Assembly: GCA_016872385.1 (NCBI GenBank)
Contig: VGZV01000002.1
Coordinates: 12,106 to 76,105, forward strand
Length of the DNA stretch: 64,000 nucleotides
Reading direction: 5' to 3'
From: SAR202 cluster bacterium
Lineage (GTDB): Bacteria; Chloroflexota; Dehalococcoidia; Lucifugimonadales; UBA3495
The notes under the pieces are model-generated. The model did not search any database. It worked only from the letters and a program-made list of their open reading frames with translations, and was not told the origin of the DNA. Below are positions 16,676-24,204 of this stretch, piece by piece. The stretch's first letter is position 1. Each line of letters opens with the position of its first letter. Position numbers and translations under genes: made by a program.

Positions 16676-17426
16676 CTTTCTGCTGGTGCATGGCGCGGGC
16701 CAGAGCGCCTGGGTATGGGGCCAGGTCTGGGGGAGATTGAACGCTCCCCCGGAGCATCCGCCAGTGCTGCACCGGCCGCGGGCGGTGGGTAAAGTCACCG
16801 CCCTGGATTTGCCGGGACATGGCCTTTCGTCCAACGGAGCAGCCAGGGCAGTTACCCTGGAGCAGTGTGTCGAGGCGGTGGTACAGGCAGTGCCGGAAAG
16901 GTCAGCCCGGCAGACGGTGCTGGTGGGCCACGGCTTTGCCGCGCCAATCCTGCTGCGGGCCGCCGTCCAGATGACCCAACCTCCCAAGAGGCTGGTCCTC
17001 ATTGCGGGCATCATACCTTCCAGTCAGGAAGCCATGATAAGCGTGTTCCCGCGTCGGGTCAGGCAGGGCTTTCAGGCGCTGTCCATTGCCAGCCGCTGGT
17101 TACGTCAGCCGCTACGGATGCCTCGCCTGGCTGTTGCGCGGTACTGGGGCAGCGGTCTATCTCCCCAGCAACTGGCCCAAGCAGTAGGAAGGCTCGGTCC
17201 GCTCCCGGAGACGGTTTTACGCACCCAGCCGGCCTTGGCCGAAGTTAAAGAAGTCTGCCCCATCACTTATGTAGTTCTGAATCAAGGCAAACTGCTGACA
17301 GCAGCTCTTCAAAAACAAATGGCCCAGCGCCTCTCCAACCCAGAGATCGTGGAGCTGGAGACGGGCCACCAGGCCATGTTGCAGCAGCCGAAGGAGCTGG
17401 CTGCTCTATTGCTGCGCTACGCCTGA
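16668..17426 (+). CDS. alpha/beta-hydrolase fold protein (methylesterase-like) lacking the nucleophile serine
   Basis: FLLVHGAGQSAWVW and C-terminal ETGHQAML fit the fold, but the nucleophile elbow reads VGHGFAAP (Gly where Ser is expected). The ATG overlaps the selA stop (ATGACTGA). Confidence 0.6.
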   Translation: MTDFLLVHGAGQSAWVWGQVWGRLNAPPEHPPVLHRPRAVGKVTALDLPGHGLSSNGAARAVTLEQCVEAVVQAVPERSARQTVLVGHGFAAPILLRAAVQMTQPPKRLVLIAGIIPSSQEAMISVFPRRVRQGFQALSIASRWLRQPLRMPRLAVARYWGSGLSPQQLAQAVGRLGPLPETVLRTQPALAEVKEVCPITYVVLNQGKLLTAALQKQMAQRLSNPEIVELETGHQAMLQQPKELAALLLRYA

Positions 17427-17446
17427 CAAGAAGCGCCCAGGTTAGA

Positions 17447-17545
17447 CTACCAGCCGGGACGCCGCTGACCACACTTCCCGCAGAACACGTCGCGCGTGGG
17501 ACCGTTCTCATGTCCGCACTTCTGGCACTTCCACACCCCAGGCAT
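17447..17545 (-). CDS. 32-aa zinc-ribbon (RanBP2-like) mini-protein, absent from the ORF track
   Basis: Reverse strand reads GAGGAGGGTCAGAT-ATG, then MPGVWKCQKCGHENGPTRDVFCGKCGQRRPGW and a TAG stop. Strong SD and two CxxC pairs. Confidence 0.5.
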   Translation of the reverse strand: MPGVWKCQKCGHENGPTRDVFCGKCGQRRPGW

Positions 17546-17712
17546 ATCTGACCCTCCTCTGTTAGTGGATTGGACGCCCGATTTCCGCTCTTCGGCACCA
17601 GGTTTGAACTAAGTGAACGCGTCCAGTTAAGAATACAATTCCTTCCGTCAAACGTATCAAGTATCTGGAACGGTCTCACGCGCTGGCCGAGCGTTAAATA
17701 GGAGATGCGCAG

Positions 17713-18519
17713 TTGTCCATTCAGTTTGCTATGCCGGCGAGTGCTTCAAAGTGCAAGAGGTTGCTAGCGAAAGTAGTAACAACGGTGCTCTTTTTAGGCT
17801 GCCAAGCCTCAGCCACTCCCTCTCCCACCCCTGCAATTACTCCAGCGACGCCCTTAGCTTCGGCCACACAGATACCTTCCCCCACAATCACTACCCCAGC
17901 AACGCCGCTGCCGACCGCTACCTTTACGCCTACGCCATTGCCGCCCACTCCCACAGCGACCACGGTTGCCCAAGCCCCAGTAGTCGCCACTATTACCGCA
18001 GGCGCCAAAGCCCGCTACCGGGTAAAGGAGCAGTTTGCCCGGCAAAACTTGCCCAATGTAGCCACTGGAGAAACCGAGGAGGTCAGCGGGTCACTGGTCT
18101 TTGATTCCAACGGCATTCTGAAGCCCAATGCGTCAAAAATTGTTATCAACGTGCGCAGCCTGCGCAGCGACGATAGCGACCGAGACGATTACCTGCGCAC
18201 TGATGGCCTGGAAACTGACAAGTTCCAGCAGGCGGAGTTTGTAGCCTCGGAAATCTCGGGTTTATCGTGGCCCCTGCCTACGGAAGGTCAGGCCACGTTC
18301 CAAATCATAGGCACCATGACTGCCCACGGAGTCTCCAGTCCCACCATTTGGGACGTTTCGGCCCAATTTAACACAGGGCAGGTGCGGGGCCAGGCTACCA
18401 CCAGCTTCACCTTCAGCAAGTTCAACATGCGCCGTCCAACGGCATTTTTTCTGCTTTCCGTGGAAGATAAGATTTCGCTGGAACTGGATTTCATGGTCTC
18501 TGTGAAGCAAGGACCCTGA
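17713..18519 (+). CDS. YceI-like domain lipoprotein with Thr/Pro-rich linker
   Basis: Lipobox LFLGC, then a T/P-rich linker, then a YceI-like body (ARYRVKEQFA...VSGSLVFD...FQIIGTMTAHGV). GGAG SD before TTG 17713, with ATG 17731 as an alternative start. Confidence 0.7.
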   Translation: MSIQFAMPASASKCKRLLAKVVTTVLFLGCQASATPSPTPAITPATPLASATQIPSPTITTPATPLPTATFTPTPLPPTPTATTVAQAPVVATITAGAKARYRVKEQFARQNLPNVATGETEEVSGSLVFDSNGILKPNASKIVINVRSLRSDDSDRDDYLRTDGLETDKFQQAEFVASEISGLSWPLPTEGQATFQIIGTMTAHGVSSPTIWDVSAQFNTGQVRGQATTSFTFSKFNMRRPTAFFLLSVEDKISLELDFMVSVKQGP

Positions 18520-18596
18520 AATGAATCCAGTGTGCCCGGTATTACGTAGCTTAGCTCCGTAGAACCACCCAACTTTGGCTAGAGGAGACTGGTGCG

Positions 18597-19811
18597 ATGA
18601 CAAATATGGCGTCGTTCTTACCTGTCCACCGGCAACCGGCATCTAGAGGCGTACGGAGAAAGCGAACCAATTGGTTTGCTCCCGTCCTGGGGGGAGTAAT
18701 TTCAGCGGTTGCACTGCTGGCATTGGTAGCGTGCACCGGGCCACAAGGCCCTCAGGGCGCCCAGGGCGCGGCTGGCACAGGTGGACTAGCGGGGCCCGCA
18801 GGAGCTCAGGGCCCCCAGGGCCTCCAGGGACCGCAAGGGCCACAAGGACCGGCTGGGCCTGCCGGTCCCCAGGGAGCCGCCGGTGCGCCGGGGCAGTCTG
18901 CCAAGCCAATTGCGGCGGTGGTGCAGTTTGGTGATCCGGGCTTCCGCACCTCTGGCGACAAGCGAAACTGGAACCTGCTCCCGAGTAACCTCCAGGTCAG
19001 CGCCGGGCAAACGGTCCGGTTCAAGGTGGCAGGCAACCACCAGGTAGCGGTATACAAGGTGCCCGCTGGCACCACCCGCGCCATGGTCACCGCCAACCCG
19101 GATACTTATGTAAACACCACGGTAAACAGCCCCGTGGACAACCGGGACATTGGTGATGCGAACAACCGCATCGCACTGGGAGCCAGCCCGCGCACTGTGG
19201 ATACTGCCGCGGTGAACCGGGATGATGTTGTGGGCATGGACCTGACTCTGGCGGAGGCAGGAAATTACCTGGTCATTTGCGCTATCCGCAGCCACTTCCT
19301 GGACAAGGACCCGGCATCTAATGGCGGCATGTTCGGCTTGATCGAAGTAGGCAAGCCTCTGGCTGGCGAGACGCCTGCCAACCTGGCGCTGCCGATTTCC
19401 GACCAGCCTGATGTGACGGTGCGCTTTGGCGACCCCCGGTTCATGGGAAACAACGACCGGCGCAACCAGAACCTGGTGCCCATGGCCGTGGAAGTGTCCG
19501 CAGGCCAGACCGTGCGCTATGAAGTGTATGGAAACCACGAGGTCGCCGTGTACAAGGTCGGCGCCGACGTGACTCGCCAGGACGTGGTAAAGAACCGCGG
19601 CGGCTTTGGGGACACCAAGAACCGGATATTGGTGGGCGCCAGTGTCCGGACCCTGGACACTGCGCTGGTCAACAGGGAAGATGTGGTCAGCGCCAACGTG
19701 ACCATCACCCAGCCGGGACGCTACCTGGTTATTTGCTACATTCGCTCCCACTACCTCCAGGATGACCCTGGGGCCAACGGCGGCATGTTCGGGTTATTGG
19801 ACGTGCGGTAA
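18597..19811 (+). CDS. lipoprotein with collagen-like stalk and two tandem cupredoxin-like domains
   Basis: GAGGAG SD, signal peptide with lipobox LVAC, 18 uninterrupted G-X-Y triplets, then two clearly homologous repeats of about 150 aa. Each repeat has GNH(Q/E)VAVYKV ... YLVIC(A/Y)IRSH(F/Y)L...GGMFGL(I/L)(E/D)V. Confidence 0.8.
   Translation: MTNMASFLPVHRQPASRGVRRKRTNWFAPVLGGVISAVALLALVACTGPQGPQGAQGAAGTGGLAGPAGAQGPQGLQGPQGPQGPAGPAGPQGAAGAPGQSAKPIAAVVQFGDPGFRTSGDKRNWNLLPSNLQVSAGQTVRFKVAGNHQVAVYKVPAGTTRAMVTANPDTYVNTTVNSPVDNRDIGDANNRIALGASPRTVDTAAVNRDDVVGMDLTLAEAGNYLVICAIRSHFLDKDPASNGGMFGLIEVGKPLAGETPANLALPISDQPDVTVRFGDPRFMGNNDRRNQNLVPMAVEVSAGQTVRYEVYGNHEVAVYKVGADVTRQDVVKNRGGFGDTKNRILVGASVRTLDTALVNREDVVSANVTITQPGRYLVICYIRSHYLQDDPGANGGMFGLLDVR
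18738..18899 (+). repeat. collagen-like G-X-Y coding repeat (18 triplets)
   Basis: [54 protein letters not shown], read directly from the frame of the 18597 ORF. Confidence 0.9.
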
Positions 19812-19830
19812 AGACACCGCCAGATTTACA

Positions 19831-19861
19831 GGGGCAGGCTAAGCCTGCCCCTCTTTTGTTG
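19831..19861 (+). terminator. intrinsic terminator
   Basis: GGGGCAGGC-TAA-GCCTGCCCC followed by TCTTTTGTTG, 20 nt after the stop codon. Confidence 0.8.
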
Positions 19862-19913
19862 TCCTCCGCCTTCTATCTTCTATCTATGTGATGAAGCCAG
19901 GTTCTTCCCGCTG

Positions 19914-19922
19914 TGCTAGACT
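19914..19922 (+). promoter_or_regulatory. extended -10 candidate (TGcTAGACT) 6 nt before the EndoQ GTG (leaderless transcript?)
   Basis: The motif ends at 19922 and the start codon is at 19929. No SD lies between them. Confidence 0.3.
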
Positions 19923-19928
19923 GTCGCC

Positions 19929-21173
19929 GTGAGCTACACGGCAGACCTGCACATCCATTCCCGGTACGCCTACGCCACCAGTTCCGCCCTGACCCTGGAA
20001 AACCTGGCGGTCTGGGCCAAGCTGAAGGGCATTGACCTGCTGGCCGCCGGCGACTTCACCCATCCCGGCTGGTTCCAGGAACTGCAAGAGAAGCTGGAAC
20101 CCGCAGAGCAGGGCCTTTACCTCTACAAGGGAGTCAAGTTTGTCCTGGGGACAGAAATCAGCTGCGTGTACTCCCAGGGCCAGCGGCAGCGGCGGGTCCA
20201 TCTCCTGCTATTTGCCCCCGGCCTGGAGGCGGTGACGCGCCTCAACCGGCGGCTGGCTGCCCACGGCAACCTGGCGTCCGATGGCCGCCCCACTATTGCC
20301 AGGTCCGCCCGGGACATAGCCGCATTGGCACTGGATACCGATCTTGACTGCATCCTGATACCCGCCCACGCTTGGACCCCTTGGTACGGAGTTTACGGCT
20401 CCAAGTCCGGCTTTGATAGCTTGGAAGACTGTTTCCTGGACCTGACGCCCCAGGTGCGTGCTGTCGAGACAGGCTTGTCCAGCGACCCGGCAATGAACTG
20501 GCTGGTTCCGGAATTAAGAGACCGCACCATAGTCTCTTTTTCGGATGCCCATTCCTTGCCCAAATTGGGCCGTGAACTGACGGTATTCCCCGGCCAGCCT
20601 GGGTACACCGCACTGCGGGAGGCCCTAGAATTCAATAGGGTGGAGTACACCGTGGAGTTTTACCCCGAGGAGGGCAAGTACCATTTTGACGGCCACCGGG
20701 CCTGCGGCGTCCGCCAGTCTCCTGAGGAGAGCAGCATCAATGGCGGGCGGTGTCCTCAATGTCACCGCCCCTTAACCCTGGGAGTGGCCCATCGCACCGC
20801 GGCCCTCTCCCGCGGTAAAAGCCACTGGGCGAAAGATGCCGCCGGATTTACCTCGGCAGGGGATGGCAGGCCGCCGTTCATCCGGCTGGTGCCGTTGCAG
20901 GAGATAATTGCCCAAGCCCTGGGACAGGCTGAGACTTCCAGACGGGTGCAGAAGGAATATCACCGGCTTATCAGTGTGTTGGGGAATGAGCTTCACATTC
21001 TGGTCAAAGCCAGCCCCGCCGACCTTGCCGCAGCCGCAGGAGAGCATATGGCCCAGGGAATTTTGCATGCCCGGCGTGGCGAAGTGGAAACGGAGCCGGG
21101 GTTCGATGGCAAATATGGCCGTGTCCTGGTGTACCCGCAGGATTTAGGCACGTCCAGACAGGGTAGAGGATAA
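19929..21173 (+). CDS. endonuclease Q (EndoQ)-like PHP-domain nuclease
   Basis: N-terminal PHP motif DLHIHSRYAYATS, conserved DFTHPGW, a later zinc-finger CPQCHRPLTLGV, and about 410 aa total as in EndoQ family members. Confidence 0.6.
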   Translation: MSYTADLHIHSRYAYATSSALTLENLAVWAKLKGIDLLAAGDFTHPGWFQELQEKLEPAEQGLYLYKGVKFVLGTEISCVYSQGQRQRRVHLLLFAPGLEAVTRLNRRLAAHGNLASDGRPTIARSARDIAALALDTDLDCILIPAHAWTPWYGVYGSKSGFDSLEDCFLDLTPQVRAVETGLSSDPAMNWLVPELRDRTIVSFSDAHSLPKLGRELTVFPGQPGYTALREALEFNRVEYTVEFYPEEGKYHFDGHRACGVRQSPEESSINGGRCPQCHRPLTLGVAHRTAALSRGKSHWAKDAAGFTSAGDGRPPFIRLVPLQEIIAQALGQAETSRRVQKEYHRLISVLGNELHILVKASPADLAAAAGEHMAQGILHARRGEVETEPGFDGKYGRVLVYPQDLGTSRQGRG

Positions 21174-21235
21174 TCCCGCGGGGTAGGACTTCCTTTCCAG
21201 CAAGGCCGAGCCGCCCAAGCGAAGGTCCCAAACTA

Positions 21236-21244
21236 TGCTAGAAT
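21236..21244 (+). promoter_or_regulatory. extended -10 candidate (TGcTAGAAT) upstream of rimI
   Basis: TGnTAnAAT motif 55 nt upstream of the ATG at 21299. Confidence 0.35.
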
Positions 21245-21298
21245 TATTCTAGTAGTGACAAGGCTAGGAACAATCCGGGGCGGCGAAACAGAACAGAG

Positions 21299-21955
21299 AT
21301 GGAAGTGACGGTCCGGCGGCTCCGCGTCGAAGACATTGACGCGGTGGTGGAAATTGAGAGGGAAGCTTTCTCCCCAACCTGGGTAGGCACTCCCTTCAAG
21401 CGGGAGTTGAGCAACCGGTACGCCAAATACCTGATGGCTTCCTGCCGGGAAGCGCCTGCGCCGGACAGGGCGGCTTCCGTGGCTCCCGCCCCAGTCAAGC
21501 CCAAACCCTGGGGATGGCTGGCCCGATGGTTCGGCGGCAAGAAGGGCAATGGCCATGCGGCGGCGCCGACCAGAGACAGTTCTTCCGTAGCTGGGTACGT
21601 GGGCATATGGTTCCAAGGGGATGAAGCCCACATTACGGAGATAGCGGTTCGGGAGCGGCTGCGCGGCCAGGGAATTGGAGAACTTTTGCTCATTGGCTCG
21701 GTGCGGGCCGCCGTCCAGGAGGGTTCAGGGGTCTTGACTTTGGAAGTTCGCGTGTCCAACTTTATCGCCCAGCGGTTGTATGAAAAATATGGATTCAAGG
21801 CGGTAGGCACGCGCAAGGCCTACTACGCAGACAACCGGGAAGACGCCACCATCATGACTACCAGCCCCATTCACAGCCCAGAATACCAGAAGAAGTTTGT
21901 GCAGCTGCAAGAGGATTACCAGAGCCGCTGGCGCCCCATATCCATCGAAATGTAG
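21299..21955 (+). CDS. rimI: ribosomal-protein-alanine N-acetyltransferase (GNAT) with an inserted low-complexity loop
   Basis: RimI-like ends (RRLRVEDIDAVVEIEREAF ... ITEIAVRERLRGQGIGELLL ... AQRLYEKYGF). An insertion of about 50 aa, rich in Ala/Pro, separates motif regions. Confidence 0.75.
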   Translation: MEVTVRRLRVEDIDAVVEIEREAFSPTWVGTPFKRELSNRYAKYLMASCREAPAPDRAASVAPAPVKPKPWGWLARWFGGKKGNGHAAAPTRDSSSVAGYVGIWFQGDEAHITEIAVRERLRGQGIGELLLIGSVRAAVQEGSGVLTLEVRVSNFIAQRLYEKYGFKAVGTRKAYYADNREDATIMTTSPIHSPEYQKKFVQLQEDYQSRWRPISIEM

Positions 21956-21980
21956 CGCAGGCAAATCTGTGCCACTGTGG

Positions 21981-22009
21981 TTGACCGCTTTGCCACCCCT
22001 TGGTAGAAT
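21981..22009 (+). promoter_or_regulatory. sigma70-type promoter of the coaE/AAA+/Nudix/VWA operon
   Basis: TTGACC (21981-21986), exactly 17-nt spacer ending in TGg, TAGAAT (22004-22009). The coaE ATG is 61 nt downstream. Confidence 0.5.
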
Positions 22010-22069
22010 GGCTTCACCTTTCGGGTTGGCCGGCAGAAATCTGGCGGCCGGACAGGTAGCTAAGCAAGA

Positions 22070-22681
22070 ATGCTGGTCATTGGACTAACCGGTGGCATCG
22101 GCACTGGAAAGAGCCAAGTAGCGCAACTGCTGGGACGCCTGGGAGCAGTGGTCATCAGCGCCGACCAGGTGGGCCACGAAGCCTATCGCCCCAACTCCAA
22201 AATCTGGCGCGAAGTGGTTGCAGCCTTCGGGAAAGATATACTCCAGCCTTCTGGAGAGATTGACCGCAAGAAGCTGGGTGCGGTGGTCTTCTCCGACCCA
22301 AAGCGCCTGGAACAATTGAATCGGATCATGCACCCCCGTATGGCCCAGATGGTGGCGGACAGGATTCAGGCGCTGCGCGAAAAAGGTGCAGCGGTGGTGG
22401 TGGTGGAAGCGGCCTTGCTGTTTGAAGCGGGGTGGAACTCCCTGGTAGATGAAGTTTGGGTCACCGACTCTCCGGAGGGAGTGATCGTTTCCCGGCTTCA
22501 GTCCCGCAACGGTCTGAGCGAGGCGGAAGCACGCAAGCGCATCGCCTCCCAGATGAACCGGGAAGAAAAGATAGCGCAGGCAGATGTAGTGGTGGACAAC
22601 TCCAGGAATTTGGACGCGCTGGAGCGCACGGTCCAGGAGCTGTGGCAGAATAGAGTCGTAGGAAGGATCGAGCAGCGATAA
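22070..22681 (+). CDS. coaE: dephospho-CoA kinase
   Basis: P-loop [14 protein letters not shown] at the N-terminus and typical length of about 200 aa. Confidence 0.9.
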   Translation: MLVIGLTGGIGTGKSQVAQLLGRLGAVVISADQVGHEAYRPNSKIWREVVAAFGKDILQPSGEIDRKKLGAVVFSDPKRLEQLNRIMHPRMAQMVADRIQALREKGAAVVVVEAALLFEAGWNSLVDEVWVTDSPEGVIVSRLQSRNGLSEAEARKRIASQMNREEKIAQADVVVDNSRNLDALERTVQELWQNRVVGRIEQR

Positions 22682-23574
22682 TGGTTGAAGCAGTTGGCCC
22701 CGAATTCAAAGAGTATGCCATTGAGGAGTTCCTGGTGCGCCGGGAGCCTTACTACCGCCCTGTGGGTGACGAGGTAGAACTGTTCACGGCGGCGTACCAC
22801 CAACATATCCCGGTGCTGCTGAAAGGGCCCACCGGCTGCGGCAAGACCCGTTTTGTGGAATACATGGCCTGGAAGCTGGGCCGCCCTGTAACCACCATAC
22901 GCCGTAACGACCAGCAGGAACTGCGCGAGGGCGAAGTCCGGGTGCCGCTGGTCACCATTGCCTGCCATGAAGACCTCACCGCCAGCGACCTGGTGGGACG
23001 CTACCTGTTGGATGCCGAGGGGACTCGGTGGATTGATGGTCCCATGACCCGAGCCGTCAAGACCGGCGCAATCCTTTACCTGGACGAAGTGGTGGAGGCC
23101 CGCAAGGATACCACCGTGCTGATTCACCCCTTGACGGACCATCGGCGTATCCTGCCAGTGGAGAAGCGCGGTACTATCATCGAGGCCGATGACCGGTTCC
23201 TGCTTTGCATCTCCTACAACCCCCACTACCAGAGCGCCCTTAAAGACCTCAAGCAAAGCACCCGGCAGCGGTTCATTTCCGTGGAGTTCAACTATCCGCC
23301 CCGGGAAATTGAGGCAGAAATTATTGCCAAGGAGAGCGGCTGCTCCCCCGCGCAAGCCGACGCCCTCTCCAAGTTCGGCGAAAAGGTGCGGAACCTGCGG
23401 GAACATGGTCTGCAGGAAGGCGCCAGCACCCGGCTGCTGATCTACGCTGGCCGGCTGATGACCCAGGGAATTCCTGCTCGCCGCGCTTGCCAGGTAGCCA
23501 TAGTGTGGACTTTGACTGACGAACCGGAACTGCAGCGCAGCGTGGAGGAAGTGGCCTCCTCCATCTTCGAGTAA
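22681..23574 (+). CDS. CbbQ/NirQ/NorQ/GvpN-family AAA+ ATPase (MoxR class)
   Basis: Walker [14 protein letters not shown] and Walker [12 protein letters not shown]. The 297-aa single-AAA+ architecture is typical of CbbQ/NorQ. The ATG overlaps the coaE stop (TAATG). Confidence 0.85.
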   Translation: MVEAVGPEFKEYAIEEFLVRREPYYRPVGDEVELFTAAYHQHIPVLLKGPTGCGKTRFVEYMAWKLGRPVTTIRRNDQQELREGEVRVPLVTIACHEDLTASDLVGRYLLDAEGTRWIDGPMTRAVKTGAILYLDEVVEARKDTTVLIHPLTDHRRILPVEKRGTIIEADDRFLLCISYNPHYQSALKDLKQSTRQRFISVEFNYPPREIEAEIIAKESGCSPAQADALSKFGEKVRNLREHGLQEGASTRLLIYAGRLMTQGIPARRACQVAIVWTLTDEPELQRSVEEVASSIFE

Positions 23575-23615
23575 CCCCGCGGGACCCACGGGCGTCAGCA
23601 GCAGCAAAGGTGTAA

Positions 23616-24203
23616 ATGGGGCCATCCACCCCGGAAATTCTCAAGCGTGTATTGGCGCAACGGACCAGGACTACCGTGGCCGATACTACGTTGATGCCTG
23701 CCGCCGTTGCAGTGTTGCTATACCCCAAGGATGGCGACTATTGTGTCCTTCTGAACAAGCGCTCTGACCAGGTGGAGCACCACAAGGGAGAAATCTCCTT
23801 TCCTGGAGGCGCGCGCGACCCCGAAGACCAGGATTTTCTGGCCACGGCTCTGCGGGAAGTCCATGAAGAGATGGGGATCAATCCCTCGGATGTAACCGTA
23901 CTGGGTCAACTGGACGACGTTGTGACCCGCAGCCGCTTTGGCGTGCGCGTTTTTATTGGAACTATCCCCTACCCGTACCCCTTCCAGCCCAGCAACTTGG
24001 AAATTGCTGAAGTGCTGGAAGTCCCTCTTTCCGTGTTGCAATCTCCCGGCTGCCTCCGCCAAGAATCACGGTGGAACGGCGGGCGCCTGGAGACCGCATA
24101 CTCTTACGCATACAACAAACACCTGGTATTTGGCGCCACCGCAAAAATCCTCCAGCAGTTTTTGGAAGTGCTGGATGCGGGGTTGAAAAAGGAGGGCCAC
24201 TAA
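23616..24203 (+). CDS. NUDIX hydrolase, CoA pyrophosphatase-like
   Basis: Nudix box GGARDPEDQDFLATALREVHEEMGI. Upstream LLNKRSDQVEHHKGEISFPGG is a near match (two mismatches) to the NuCoA signature of NudL/Nudt7-type enzymes. Confidence 0.75.
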   Translation: MGPSTPEILKRVLAQRTRTTVADTTLMPAAVAVLLYPKDGDYCVLLNKRSDQVEHHKGEISFPGGARDPEDQDFLATALREVHEEMGINPSDVTVLGQLDDVVTRSRFGVRVFIGTIPYPYPFQPSNLEIAEVLEVPLSVLQSPGCLRQESRWNGGRLETAYSYAYNKHLVFGATAKILQQFLEVLDAGLKKEGH

Positions 24204-24204
24204 G

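Noticed and set aside
18738-18899. Highly periodic GC-rich nucleotide repeat that could be mistaken for a tandem repeat, VNTR or CRISPR-like array.
   Set aside because: The periodicity is 9 nt or 3 nt and lies inside a well-supported ORF. It encodes G-X-Y collagen-like triplets, not repeat-spacer units.
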